IMG/VR virus record: IMGVR_UViG_3300030376_003371
Location: 1 to 58,425 of that record
Reading direction: 5' to 3' (one strand)
DNA: 58,425 nt
Origin: a virus
Lineage: Duplodnaviria > Caudoviricetes
The notes below the pieces were generated by a model, which worked only from the letters and a program-made list of their open reading frames with translations, was not told the DNA's origin and searched no databases. How positions within the stretch are numbered: position 1 is the first letter of the stretch; each line of letters opens with the position of its first letter. This document shows, in pieces, positions 11,008-21,119 of this stretch. Both the position numbers and the translations under genes were made by a program.

Positions 11008-11862
11008 TTAAGGAAAGCTTTTCATTACCTCTGACTCAACTGCAAATAGCTCAGATGGTGCTGTTGTGTTTAATTGAAGTTCAAATACACAATAATGCCC
11101 AAGTACTCCATGTGATTCAGCGATTGGGTTCTTAATAAAAAACCAAAAGCCATCTGTAACCGGAATAAATGTTGGTTGTGGAGCTGCAGGGAAACCTCCT
11201 ACCGCTGCGTTGGTACTGTTAATTGTTAATTGATTTACAGAATTTGGTAAATCTACATTAACCTCAGTTAAAACTCCCACGAATTCAGGAGCATCATAGT
11301 TAGGTCCGGGTGCATAATACATGAAATCCCCTGCAGATATTATACCTCCTATTTGAACAGAGGCATCAAAAGATACTATAATGTTAGCAGGGTCAGTAGT
11401 ATCGAGTGCGTCATTTATACCCACACCATTTACGCTTCTAAGTTCCCATTGACTTTGGTCTGTGTTAGGTCCTGTTGGACCATTGCTTCTGACAAACCCA
11501 AACCATGAGCCTTCTTTTTGTACAAAATAATTTACATTTATCTCACCATCCAATTGAATATCAGTAAACAAAGTAGCGTCCCATGCATCATCACTTTCAA
11601 GATTTAATGTTTTAAATATTTTATTTTCTAAAGGTTGTTGATTAAAAACACTTGTAATTGAAGATGGATATTGAACACCATAATAATTATTCCTTGTGTC
11701 GTTTACATTATGTCTCCATAAATTACCACCACTAAAGGTATATAAATATTGATTCATACCTTTAATAAATTCTGCGCAGTAAGAGTAAAAAGAAGGGAAT
11801 CCTTTTACATCTTCACTATATGTTATAGTACATTTATTTAATGTGGAATTTTCGTTTATCAT
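11008..11862 (-). CDS. Tail structural protein, probably the C-terminal part of a split nozzle/stabilisation protein
   Basis: TITYSEDVKGFPSFYSY...GNLWRHN...KIFKTLNLES pattern. ATG at 11862 overlaps the upstream TGA (ATGA). Confidence 0.6.
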   Translation of the reverse strand: MINENSTLNKCTITYSEDVKGFPSFYSYCAEFIKGMNQYLYTFSGGNLWRHNVNDTRNNYYGVQYPSSITSVFNQQPLENKIFKTLNLESDDAWDATLFTDIQLDGEINVNYFVQKEGSWFGFVRSNGPTGPNTDQSQWELRSVNGVGINDALDTTDPANIIVSFDASVQIGGIISAGDFMYYAPGPNYDAPEFVGVLTEVNVDLPNSVNQLTINSTNAAVGGFPAAPQPTFIPVTDGFWFFIKNPIAESHGVLGHYCVFELQLNTTAPSELFAVESEVMKSFP

Positions 11863-12794
11863 GGACAAATAGTTATATTGGTTATAACACCATTAGCATC
11901 TACAGTAAATACTGCTTTACCTGATGGTGGGTTCATTACATATGAACCTGCTGCTAGTTTATTTAATCCTGAAGAATCAGAAAAAACAAACTCATTTACA
12001 GATGGTTCACCCGGTGTATTTCCTTGGTTCGGTGCATGATAGAAGAATGTAGGGAATGTGGTTGCCGAACAATCATCAGCAAGTAAATTTACAGGAACAG
12101 ATGGTAACGCTGCAGGACAATTGATTGCTAAATTCCAAGACGTTCCGCAATATCCTACAATATCTATTTGACAAGTGGATGCATTTTGATTTACTCTAGG
12201 TATTACCATAGTCACAACTCCCGGTGCAGATGCTGTTAGTACTACATCTGCAGAAGTACCTGTAGCTACACCTGAGCTTCCAATCAAGTCAAAGCTTGAT
12301 GTTGATGCGTTATACCTGTATTGGTCTAAACCTGAGTAGCCTCCTCCATCTAATGTAACACCGATTCCCGGACTACAATCTGAAGATGCAGTTCCTATTA
12401 CTGTAAGGTTATTTGCATTACCTGCCGCTGCATATCCAAAATTATTTCCCGTTACTTCATTATAAGTAACACCATCAAATATAGCTCTTACTCCATCAGG
12501 AACTCCAATAGGGTCAAAATAAATAATCATTGCTCCTAAATTAGCACCGGTAGCAAAGGTTAATTCATATACACCTTGATTACCACTTGCATTAATTGTA
12601 GCATCACATGGTATTACACAATCAGGACAAGGGACAGCTATGGTAAGTACACATCCTATTTGTTGTCTACATACAATTCCGTCTGAATAGAATCCATCTG
12701 CTGCGCAAACAGTTAAATCAATATCATCAAATACTGCTGTCGCTGTTGATAATGTTGGTCCGTCTATAAAGTAATTTCCTAATGTTGCTGCCAT
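11859..12794 (-). CDS. Cys/Gly/Thr-rich tail-associated protein
   Basis: Beta-rich composition with many Cys, inside the tail operon. Confidence 0.55.
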   Translation of the reverse strand: MAATLGNYFIDGPTLSTATAVFDDIDLTVCAADGFYSDGIVCRQQIGCVLTIAVPCPDCVIPCDATINASGNQGVYELTFATGANLGAMIIYFDPIGVPDGVRAIFDGVTYNEVTGNNFGYAAAGNANNLTVIGTASSDCSPGIGVTLDGGGYSGLDQYRYNASTSSFDLIGSSGVATGTSADVVLTASAPGVVTMVIPRVNQNASTCQIDIVGYCGTSWNLAINCPAALPSVPVNLLADDCSATTFPTFFYHAPNQGNTPGEPSVNEFVFSDSSGLNKLAAGSYVMNPPSGKAVFTVDANGVITNITICP

Positions 12795-12809
12795 ATTTAT
12801 TTATTTATT

Positions 12810-15800
12810 TTATACTACACAATCGCATGTTTGAAAGGTTACACTAAAGTTTGATTGTGGTGTTGTAAAGCTTCTTAAACATTTTACCGTAACACCTGTT
12901 GGTGATAAAGTTACAGTTTGAGCAACTCCATCACAATCTGTATAGAAGAATGTTTGACTATTTACACCATCTAAGTTCTCTATGAAATAAGCATTACAAG
13001 CTGTGTTACAAGACACACCAAACAAAGTTCCTAATTTAGTTGCAGTAACAGGGTCTGTAGTTGTGTTGATAATTTCATATCTACAATTTTGGAATGAAGC
13101 ACCTGTTAGTGTTACAATATCTCCAATGTTATTACTTGCATCAAAAGCTATTATCTGTTCATCAACTGTTCCTGTACCGTCTTGTTGACATCTTCTTACT
13201 ACAAAGTTTAATTCACACCCACAACCTTGAACTGCTGTCACATTAGTTAACGCATCTAATCTGTGTGCACATATAAATATACTTTCATTATCTGTTAATG
13301 TGCCTGTTTGTAATACGTCATTGCAATCAAAGTATTCATACTCTCCACCTGTTATAGGTGCTCCTGTTAAAACGTATTGGTCACACACTTGATTACAGTT
13401 AGTAACTCCTGTAAGTATATTTCCAACAACTGCGTTTGGAGCAGCTAATGTTATAGCTGTAACCTCATAAGTACAAGAGCTACTTGCTCCTGTTGGATTA
13501 ATGAATGTACCTACGGTTACTCCCGGAGTAGGAGGTATGATTATAGTTTGAGGATTAGCTGTTGTAGCTAAAGGGTCTACACATAATTCAGCCTCTAAAT
13601 TATCCTCTTCAGGTGTTGGGTCTTCTCCACAATCACAACATGCTTCAGAACAATCTACATCTGAGTAACATAACTCAATTGGAGTAGGTCTTCTGTAATC
13701 CCAAATCAAATATAAATACTCATCATTGGTGTTCGGCATAGCAAATGTAGCATCGAACACAGGTGCTGCGCCTGTAATAGGAGCTGCTTGAGTAGACACA
13801 TTCAATAAAGTCTGTATGTTCGCAGGAGTATTAGTGTAAAGTGTTGCACTTCTGTGGAATCTAAACTGATTTAATGCTGCGTTGAAAACAAAATCATCTC
13901 CTAAAGCTGCAATTTGATTACTAATAATTCTTACGGTAGCACCGTTGGCAGGAATCAAGTTTCCACCTTGAGGTGCAGTAGTAAATGTATATTGTGAAAC
14001 TATTAATCCTGTTCCACTTAGAAATTCAACTTGTTCAGATTGCAATGCACTTGTGAATACACCATCTGTCCATCTGTATTCGTCATGAATAAATTGACCT
14101 GCTTCATTGTCAGATGTTATTGCTACTTGAATAACATTAATTAGTGGAGCATCAGGACAAGTTACTGTAATCTCTAGGTTTACAGGGTCTGAAGAAGCAC
14201 CTAAACCAAATGTAAGGAATAGCTCTTCCGCTGAAACAATTGTTTTATTAAAGGTGTGAGTGAAAAAGCCATCAGTATTAACTACTCCGCTAAACACTAC
14301 AGCTCCATTGTATACTCCTTCATATGGTATTGGTACACCTGCGTAATTTGTAACTATGAAAGAAACGTTTACAGCTCCAACTAAATTTCCAAGTTGATAT
14401 ATAAATTCTTGCTCAGGTCCATTCCATGTAATAGTTCTTGTAACACCACAATTTATTTCTAATGGCTCTGAAGGAATTAGTAAATCAGAATTTGTTAATA
14501 CATACTCATTCATGTATGGGTCATAACCACCAAGCTTAAACGTATTAAAACTATCAATAAAGTAATCTCTAAAGAAAGACCTCATTCCAAATTCCGATAC
14601 CACTTGTAATTGTTCTGACTGCGCTGAACTTCCCTTAAGTTGAAGCACAGCACCACGCTTGGCATCAGTAAAGAATTTATCAGCACCCCAAACAGCAAAG
14701 CTTTCAGGGTTATTACTATTTCCATAGTCTTCTATTCTTGCAATCTGAGTACCTAATACTTCAGGCACCGAAGCAATTGAACCTCCTCCTGTAGAATCAG
14801 AAAGCAAGTTTTTGCCTTGAAGAACATAAGATATTTTATCCTCTTGTAATGTAAGTATATCTGTCTCTCTTCCGTTAAGAACTGTTATAGGACCATAAGA
14901 GTCTTCTAAAGGTTTAAAGTTTAATAATCCTAAATTAAATTCATTAAGTTTATTTAGGTTAGTTTCATCATTAATAACACCACTATAAGTAATATCAGCA
15001 AATCTATGAGCCTCTTTATAATCTTGAGCAGAGGTACTTGTAACTCTATTTCCAAGAGTTAGTGGTTTACCGATAATAGAATCTTCTATTTTAAAACTTT
15101 CTACACCATTACCAAATGTATAACAGTTAAAGAATTCAGTATCAATAATAGCAGGTTGTGTGTCTGTTTGGTTTTGTAGGTTTCCTTGGTGAATTGCACC
15201 ACTTAATGTTACATCAGTAATAGATATATTAGCTACATTATCAGGAGGTGTAGTTGCACTTACTACTGCCGAACCACAATCTCCATACACAATTTTTGTA
15301 TCACCGGGGTCTACTGTTTCGCTAAACACTCTTCCTTCAAAAGAGTAATCAAATACTATAGGAGCAGATTCAGCTGCATCAACACTAAGTGTTATTTCAC
15401 ACTCTGCGTCAAATACTTGGTAGGTTGTAGGAGACTCGTACCATAAATCAGGTAATGCGTCTTTAGGTTCAGACTCGAATACAATCAATGTATCTCTTCT
15501 AATTATAACTACTTCTACTTCTAGCTTAGACCTTCTGTTTCTATTACTACCACACCCCTCTGTTCCTGTGAATCCTAGTCTTTGTCTTCCGGAATTATCT
15601 GTGTCAGTACCGACATAGTCCATGAACTGAATATAGTTAATACCAAATGAACAAGGAATATTTCCTATTACAAAATTACTTCCAAAGATAGGAACAAGGT
15701 CATACCCACCTAATGCAGGTAAATATTGAAATGTTGAAGGAGCATCTGAAGTATCAGTTCTACATTCTGCACTACTTGTTAATCCACCAAGACTATCTCC

Positions 15801-18314
15801 ATCCCAAAAAGCTTTTAAACTAGGGTATTCTTGAGATGCTGTTGCTTCAGCTTCCCATATACACTCTCTTAATTCACATTTATTTCCTGAGCCTCCTCGT
15901 CTTTTATTAAAATAATTTATTCTAATTGTAGAGCCTTCAGGAATTGTAAAAGGAATATATGCAAAAGTTGTAGGGTCTAAAGGGTCGTAAGTTGCAGGGT
16001 CATAATCAACATTAGGTAAAGTACAAACATCTAAGTAAACCTTTGGACAACTATTGTTATTACCTGTAGCACTATCCTTATCTTCTACCACAGGGTTTGT
16101 TCCTAGCTCAGTTGCAATTTGATTGGTTGCAACTCTCATGTAAGTTCCGGAAGGAACTACAGCTTCATTTCCTGCTGCATCTGCAGGAGGAGGGGTTATA
16201 AAGTCTGCTAGTTTAGCTTCTTTATCTAAAACTGTTACTGTAGTACATCTTTCTTTAGGACCATTAGTATCTGCTTTTACAATAAGCTTATCTCCTACTT
16301 CAATTTTTTGAGAGTTTTCCCCATCAAGTAAAAACCAAGTTGAACCTAAAGCAGCGTCTCTAAAAAACAAGTTAGTGTAAATAATATCGTAATCTTCTTT
16401 ATCCGGCTTGATGCAAAACTTATAATATTTTGCCCAATCAGGTGGAAGCTGAGTAGTAGGTATAGTAACCCGTATTGAGTTCTGACTCGTCAATGCTCCA
16501 CATGGAACATACTGTGTATTGTTTTCACTAACCAAAGCTGTAGTAGCTCTTGAGAATTCATCCATGTAGATAATTCCAATCTCATACCCTCTATTACTAT
16601 GTAAGCTTTTTGCATTGGCTATCTTAGTGTATTCAGCTTCTGATAAACTTATAGTTAAATATTCATAAGCCACATTTGCAGGGTCTAGGGTGTCTACATA
16701 TTGTAATGCAGCTATCTGTATTTTTAAAAGATTAGGTTCAGGAACCGTTACTATGATATCAAAGGGTTGATTTAACCCTGTAATACCACTTGCAGTTTTT
16801 TCATAATTTGTGTCAAGAGTTAACTGAGCCGCACAATTTAATTCATCACTAAGCGAAGAGCCATTACAAGCATCTAAAAAGACCGGCTCCAATAATTGAA
16901 TAGCATCAATAAAATCTTGGTCTTGAGCTAAATCAAAAACAGTTGCATAGTCCTCTCTTAATTGATATTGAAAGTTTAACTCTATAGCATTATTGGTTTG
17001 TGTTAATTGGTCAAAAGATGCATCAAATGAATCATGAATTAAGTCTAGCTCTATAGCAATACCTGCACCTGCTACCAAATCAACCCCTGTAAAATCTACC
17101 TCTACAACCGACTGAGGAATGTTTCTTGTTGTTCCTGATATAGTATAAACACCTGCGGAAGTTGCAGTCTCTAATACTTGATACTCAACAAACTCACTAA
17201 TAAGTTCTGTAGTATACTCGAGCTTTAGAGCAGCACCGGTATAATCTATTAAATCTCTACCCTCAAAATAATTTCCATACATTAATCGGTTACCCATTAA
17301 TGTTTGCGCCTTTGCTTTCAAAGGAACATTATCAAATAATCTTAAAACCTCTGAGTCTGCTAGTACAGTAAATATTTTACTATTACTAAAAGTATATGTA
17401 ATTTCTGTATTGTCGGGTATACCTAAGTCAGCCTTGTTCAGTTTTTCTATAACCTTAATAGTGTTTAGACTCATATCCTTAAATAATAAATCTACTCCCA
17501 CTACTAATTCACCACCACTATTATATGTTATCTCACATATGTTTGTGGTGTTTAGCATTCCTCGGTTGTTAGCTAAAGAAGAACTATAACTAAAAGGTCC
17601 CGGAATAAAAGAAGGAGGACTAAAAGGAGATGTTGCAGAGTATTCATTATCTGCGTATCTATATCTATATCCAAAGCATACAAATCTATTTTCTAAATAA
17701 TTGTTTTCACCTGCACCTTTTTTTGGTGCAATTATAGGAGAGGTATAAGGAGGTCTTTTAATAACCAAGATAGCCTCTGCAGAAAATTGGTCTATAAATG
17801 TTGCTGAAGGGTTTGGATAGTTTCTTTCTACATTTATAAATCTAGGAGGATTATTGTTGTCTGTAAAAAACAAAAGGTCGTTTACAAAATCTACTCCTAA
17901 AACTAACTCATCTGATTGAAAATTTAATGTAGTGTTTACTCCACCTCCGTCATCTAAACTTACTATATGATAAGTTAAAGTTTCGGTTTGAGTATTAAAG
18001 GAAACTATCATGTCACATTTCCCTGTGGCACCTAAACCAAAAGCAGGGTCATGTACAAACCAATACATTGTTTCTTGTTCACCTAAAGCAAATGCTCCAA
18101 TACATCTTGCTGAGGAAGATACTTCTTGTCCATTATATGATAAAGTAGTGAGTTTAATATTTCCTCTTGAGTTTTCTACCGCACCAATCTCTGATGCTTC
18201 AGTAGAACCCAAACGAACATTAACAGCATCTATATACTGACCATTAGGCAAGAGTCTTTCATCAAGACTCTTATTCATTTTACCTGCTACAAAATTTCTT
18301 TGTATGTTTGCCAT
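12810..18314 (-). CDS. Tail nozzle/stabilisation protein (1834 aa) with a Cys-rich C-terminal extension
   Basis: N-terminus MANIQRNFVAGKMNKSLDERLLPNGQYIDAVNVR; beta-propeller-like segments (LLFFTDNNNPPRFIN, NPESFAVWGADKFFTDAKRGAVL, GGYDPYMNEYVLT); follows the ring genes. Confidence 0.75.
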   Translation of the reverse strand: MANIQRNFVAGKMNKSLDERLLPNGQYIDAVNVRLGSTEASEIGAVENSRGNIKLTTLSYNGQEVSSSARCIGAFALGEQETMYWFVHDPAFGLGATGKCDMIVSFNTQTETLTYHIVSLDDGGGVNTTLNFQSDELVLGVDFVNDLLFFTDNNNPPRFINVERNYPNPSATFIDQFSAEAILVIKRPPYTSPIIAPKKGAGENNYLENRFVCFGYRYRYADNEYSATSPFSPPSFIPGPFSYSSSLANNRGMLNTTNICEITYNSGGELVVGVDLLFKDMSLNTIKVIEKLNKADLGIPDNTEITYTFSNSKIFTVLADSEVLRLFDNVPLKAKAQTLMGNRLMYGNYFEGRDLIDYTGAALKLEYTTELISEFVEYQVLETATSAGVYTISGTTRNIPQSVVEVDFTGVDLVAGAGIAIELDLIHDSFDASFDQLTQTNNAIELNFQYQLREDYATVFDLAQDQDFIDAIQLLEPVFLDACNGSSLSDELNCAAQLTLDTNYEKTASGITGLNQPFDIIVTVPEPNLLKIQIAALQYVDTLDPANVAYEYLTISLSEAEYTKIANAKSLHSNRGYEIGIIYMDEFSRATTALVSENNTQYVPCGALTSQNSIRVTIPTTQLPPDWAKYYKFCIKPDKEDYDIIYTNLFFRDAALGSTWFLLDGENSQKIEVGDKLIVKADTNGPKERCTTVTVLDKEAKLADFITPPPADAAGNEAVVPSGTYMRVATNQIATELGTNPVVEDKDSATGNNNSCPKVYLDVCTLPNVDYDPATYDPLDPTTFAYIPFTIPEGSTIRINYFNKRRGGSGNKCELRECIWEAEATASQEYPSLKAFWDGDSLGGLTSSAECRTDTSDAPSTFQYLPALGGYDLVPIFGSNFVIGNIPCSFGINYIQFMDYVGTDTDNSGRQRLGFTGTEGCGSNRNRRSKLEVEVVIIRRDTLIVFESEPKDALPDLWYESPTTYQVFDAECEITLSVDAAESAPIVFDYSFEGRVFSETVDPGDTKIVYGDCGSAVVSATTPPDNVANISITDVTLSGAIHQGNLQNQTDTQPAIIDTEFFNCYTFGNGVESFKIEDSIIGKPLTLGNRVTSTSAQDYKEAHRFADITYSGVINDETNLNKLNEFNLGLLNFKPLEDSYGPITVLNGRETDILTLQEDKISYVLQGKNLLSDSTGGGSIASVPEVLGTQIARIEDYGNSNNPESFAVWGADKFFTDAKRGAVLQLKGSSAQSEQLQVVSEFGMRSFFRDYFIDSFNTFKLGGYDPYMNEYVLTNSDLLIPSEPLEINCGVTRTITWNGPEQEFIYQLGNLVGAVNVSFIVTNYAGVPIPYEGVYNGAVVFSGVVNTDGFFTHTFNKTIVSAEELFLTFGLGASSDPVNLEITVTCPDAPLINVIQVAITSDNEAGQFIHDEYRWTDGVFTSALQSEQVEFLSGTGLIVSQYTFTTAPQGGNLIPANGATVRIISNQIAALGDDFVFNAALNQFRFHRSATLYTNTPANIQTLLNVSTQAAPITGAAPVFDATFAMPNTNDEYLYLIWDYRRPTPIELCYSDVDCSEACCDCGEDPTPEEDNLEAELCVDPLATTANPQTIIIPPTPGVTVGTFINPTGASSSCTYEVTAITLAAPNAVVGNILTGVTNCNQVCDQYVLTGAPITGGEYEYFDCNDVLQTGTLTDNESIFICAHRLDALTNVTAVQGCGCELNFVVRRCQQDGTGTVDEQIIAFDASNNIGDIVTLTGASFQNCRYEIINTTTDPVTATKLGTLFGVSCNTACNAYFIENLDGVNSQTFFYTDCDGVAQTVTLSPTGVTVKCLRSFTTPQSNFSVTFQTCDCVV

Positions 18315-18315
18315 T

Positions 18316-19236
18316 CTATTTTATCCATTTATCTTTTCCCCTCATGTTCATTAACAATCTTCCCGGGTGAATATTACTAATTCTAATTTTTGCGTTTCTT
18401 AATAAAGCTTGTTTTCTTTTTCTAACTCTATTAATAACATATTCTTGTGCGCCTAGCTTTGAACTTAGAATAGCATATTCGATATATGCATAAATATAAT
18501 CTTCAAATAGTTTGTTTACACTAACTTGTGAATCATCTCCATTTTCCATTCCATCGGATACATATTCTAAAATACATTTTTCATTAGCCATGCCTGAGCT
18601 GAAGTTTATTACTCCACCTTTTTTGTTTATTGAGAATGTAGGATTTGCGTTAGCAGTCTCAGTATTTAAACCAAACCTTGCACCAATCTCATAATCAAAA
18701 TACCACATTCCATCACAACAATATCCTTCGTATCCATGGAATATACTGTTCTTATTTAAGTAAATACTTTTAAGACCACCTGTAATTCTTTCAAAATCTA
18801 AATCAGAATATTGTGGCTTTAAAACATTTCCGTCTTGGTCAAATAAAATTCTACAATCATTGTCTTGCAAGTACGCACCACTCCAATTGGTTTGAATGTT
18901 TTCTGTCAACGGATATAATAATCCATTTTTAAATACAGATATTCTAACCCAATTAACATAATCGTTTGGTAGTACAAACCTTAATGTACTACACACATCA
19001 AGTTCTAATATTTTTATTTCTTTGAATGCATCGTAATTAAGTTCTTGTATTCCTCTTTTAGCATGAAACAAAATCTTATATCTATTAACATTATTAATTA
19101 ACGAGTGGTTACCTGCATACATTAACAAAAAGTTTCTCACAATATCTTCTAAGCTTATATATTGATAAGAACCCCAATTAGCATCTTCAGGTGGATTACC
19201 TCCGTTTTCGTAATATTGATATGGTGTTATATACAT
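18316..19236 (-). CDS. Structural ring/tail adaptor protein
   Basis: Lies between capsid and nozzle genes; HAKRGIQELNYD and LPNDYVNWVRIS motifs. Confidence 0.6.
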   Translation of the reverse strand: MYITPYQYYENGGNPPEDANWGSYQYISLEDIVRNFLLMYAGNHSLINNVNRYKILFHAKRGIQELNYDAFKEIKILELDVCSTLRFVLPNDYVNWVRISVFKNGLLYPLTENIQTNWSGAYLQDNDCRILFDQDGNVLKPQYSDLDFERITGGLKSIYLNKNSIFHGYEGYCCDGMWYFDYEIGARFGLNTETANANPTFSINKKGGVINFSSGMANEKCILEYVSDGMENGDDSQVSVNKLFEDYIYAYIEYAILSSKLGAQEYVINRVRKRKQALLRNAKIRISNIHPGRLLMNMRGKDKWIK

Positions 19237-19243
19237 AAACTAA

Positions 19244-20206
19244 TTATTTTTCTTGGTTGTCTTCTGCTCCTTCCAATCCTTGACCGAATTGAACAGCTTG
19301 TAATTCTCTTATTGACATTCCTGCAAATTGCAATATCTTTAAAACCAAAGTATACTCATCGTCTAATGGTAACTCAAAGTTTTGATATGACGGATTCGAT
19401 GGATTAAACACAGGCTCACCTCCGGTAAGCGTGGTGTATGTCCATTGTGGGTCAAATGGGTATCTTATATATTGACATTGAACAGCTCCAATTGTATTTA
19501 TACTTGGAGGAAACAAAGACAATGTCGGTTCCTGTTGAGTATACGCAGGATATAATGTAGAGGGTGCAGTAAGCAAAGAACTATTAAGCAAAGTTATTTT
19601 ACTATGTGTTACTTTCTCTGCTTCAGTTACTACTTCATCATCATATATAATATATTCTTCTCCAACATTTAAAAAGATATCTGCAGGATTACCATCGTTA
19701 TCTACCAATACAAGTGTATTTGTTCCGTTTAAACTTTGAACAAATGCTATTTGATTTGTTGTTACGTTCCCTACAATATCTCCTACATTAACACCTGCTG
19801 CTACAAAGTCAGTAGTGTTGTCTACTAAATCTTGCACCTGTACTACTGTGTTAGTACCACTAGCTAACATCCTTGAATAAACAAGAACTTTATTTAATAA
19901 ATAATAATCATCATTTGTTGTTGCAAGACTTGGGGTAAAAAACCTATTGTTATAATTATGAAGCAAAAACTTTTGCTCTGAAAAAATATTTATTACCTCT
20001 TCATAACCTTTCGTAATGTCAGCATACCCTGTACCTGACATTCTTTTATTCTCTTTGTTTAGCTGATAATTATATTGGTAAAAATAATCCTCAAAAATAT
20101 CTATCTGAGCTTGTTTAGCAAATAGATTAAAATCTTGTGGGGAAATGTATCCGTAATTATTTTTATTAAGAATAGCTAATACTGTATTTCGTACCGAATT
20201 AATCAT
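19244..20206 (-). CDS. Structural ring/head-tail adaptor protein
   Basis: GYISPQDFNLFAKQAQ and YIRYPFDP...FELP motifs; position in the morphogenesis operon. Confidence 0.6.
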   Translation of the reverse strand: MINSVRNTVLAILNKNNYGYISPQDFNLFAKQAQIDIFEDYFYQYNYQLNKENKRMSGTGYADITKGYEEVINIFSEQKFLLHNYNNRFFTPSLATTNDDYYLLNKVLVYSRMLASGTNTVVQVQDLVDNTTDFVAAGVNVGDIVGNVTTNQIAFVQSLNGTNTLVLVDNDGNPADIFLNVGEEYIIYDDEVVTEAEKVTHSKITLLNSSLLTAPSTLYPAYTQQEPTLSLFPPSINTIGAVQCQYIRYPFDPQWTYTTLTGGEPVFNPSNPSYQNFELPLDDEYTLVLKILQFAGMSIRELQAVQFGQGLEGAEDNQEK

Positions 20207-20223
20207 TAATAAATTATTTTATA

Positions 20224-20231
20224 CAAAGATA
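20224..20231 (-). promoter_or_regulatory. Bacteroidota -7 promoter element
   Basis: TATCTTTG upstream of 20206, directly after a terminator. Confidence 0.7.
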
Positions 20232-20234
20232 AAC

Positions 20235-20267
20235 AAAAAAAAAAGAGGGTTGTAAAAACCAACCCTC
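20235..20267 (-). terminator. Intrinsic terminator
   Basis: GAGGGTTG-7 nt-CAACCCTC followed by 10 T on the minus strand. Confidence 0.85.
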
Positions 20268-20296
20268 CCTTGACTAATTCAAAATATGTGCCTACA

Positions 20297-21043
20297 CTAC
20301 GCTAATTGTTTTTCTAAATACTCAAGCTTCTCTATTCCTTCATCTGTTTTAAAGTAAGACGCTATAACATGCATTGGGTCTTCACCAAATGGTATTGTTA
20401 GCAATCTTTTTTTGTTTGATGGTAAGTTGAAGTATACATCTTTATTTTTATTTCTGTATGCTATCAGTCTTTCATCAAAGCATTTTTGAATTGTAGAATA
20501 CAACTTTAACGAAGGGTCATCCAATGCTTGTAAAAACTCAGCAGGATAATTACGAGCATACACTAGCATGTCTCTTTTTAATTCTGATGTTGACATTTTA
20601 TTTACGTCCCCTGCTAGTATCACTCTACCTACAGATTCCATTTGCTCTAATCCCATGCTTTTAGCTGCGATTAATGCATCAACCTCTACACTCATTGCTT
20701 CTACTTCTTTAGCTGCATCCTGTGCAGTATCTACTTCCTCAAACTTTTTACCATTTAAAGGATGATAGGCTAAGAACATTTGTAATGCTTGATTTTGTTT
20801 TGGAACTCTAAGTAGTCCTGATTCAAAGATAATAGGAGTTACAATGGCATTACCATCTTGCTCGTCTTTAAAAGGACTTTGTTGATTTGTTGCGTATCTA
20901 ATCTCTCTGTTTTGTCCTGTCTCTTCATCGAAGTGAAGTAAAGGTCTACGCTTTGAACTCTTGGATGGAAGCATAAAGCTCAACGGAGCTGCTCCTCTAG
21001 TCAAACGATATACTCGTGACTTAATTTCTTTTTTTTCTTTCAT
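20297..21043 (-). CDS. Hypothetical protein downstream of the capsid gene
   Basis: 248-aa ORF with an A-rich leader. Confidence 0.7.
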   Translation of the reverse strand: MKEKKEIKSRVYRLTRGAAPLSFMLPSKSSKRRPLLHFDEETGQNREIRYATNQQSPFKDEQDGNAIVTPIIFESGLLRVPKQNQALQMFLAYHPLNGKKFEEVDTAQDAAKEVEAMSVEVDALIAAKSMGLEQMESVGRVILAGDVNKMSTSELKRDMLVYARNYPAEFLQALDDPSLKLYSTIQKCFDERLIAYRNKNKDVYFNLPSNKKRLLTIPFGEDPMHVIASYFKTDEGIEKLEYLEKQLA

Positions 21044-21071
21044 TATATTAAAATTTAATTAGATTATAAAT

Positions 21072-21102
21072 AAAAAAGATAGGGGTGCCCGTAGGCACCC
21101 TT
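21072..21102 (-). terminator. Terminator-like hairpin after the major capsid gene
   Basis: AAGGGTGCC-TACG-GGCACCCCT (UNCG tetraloop) then ATCTTTTTT. Confidence 0.75.
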
Positions 21103-21119
21103 CTCTTTCTACATGGGTA

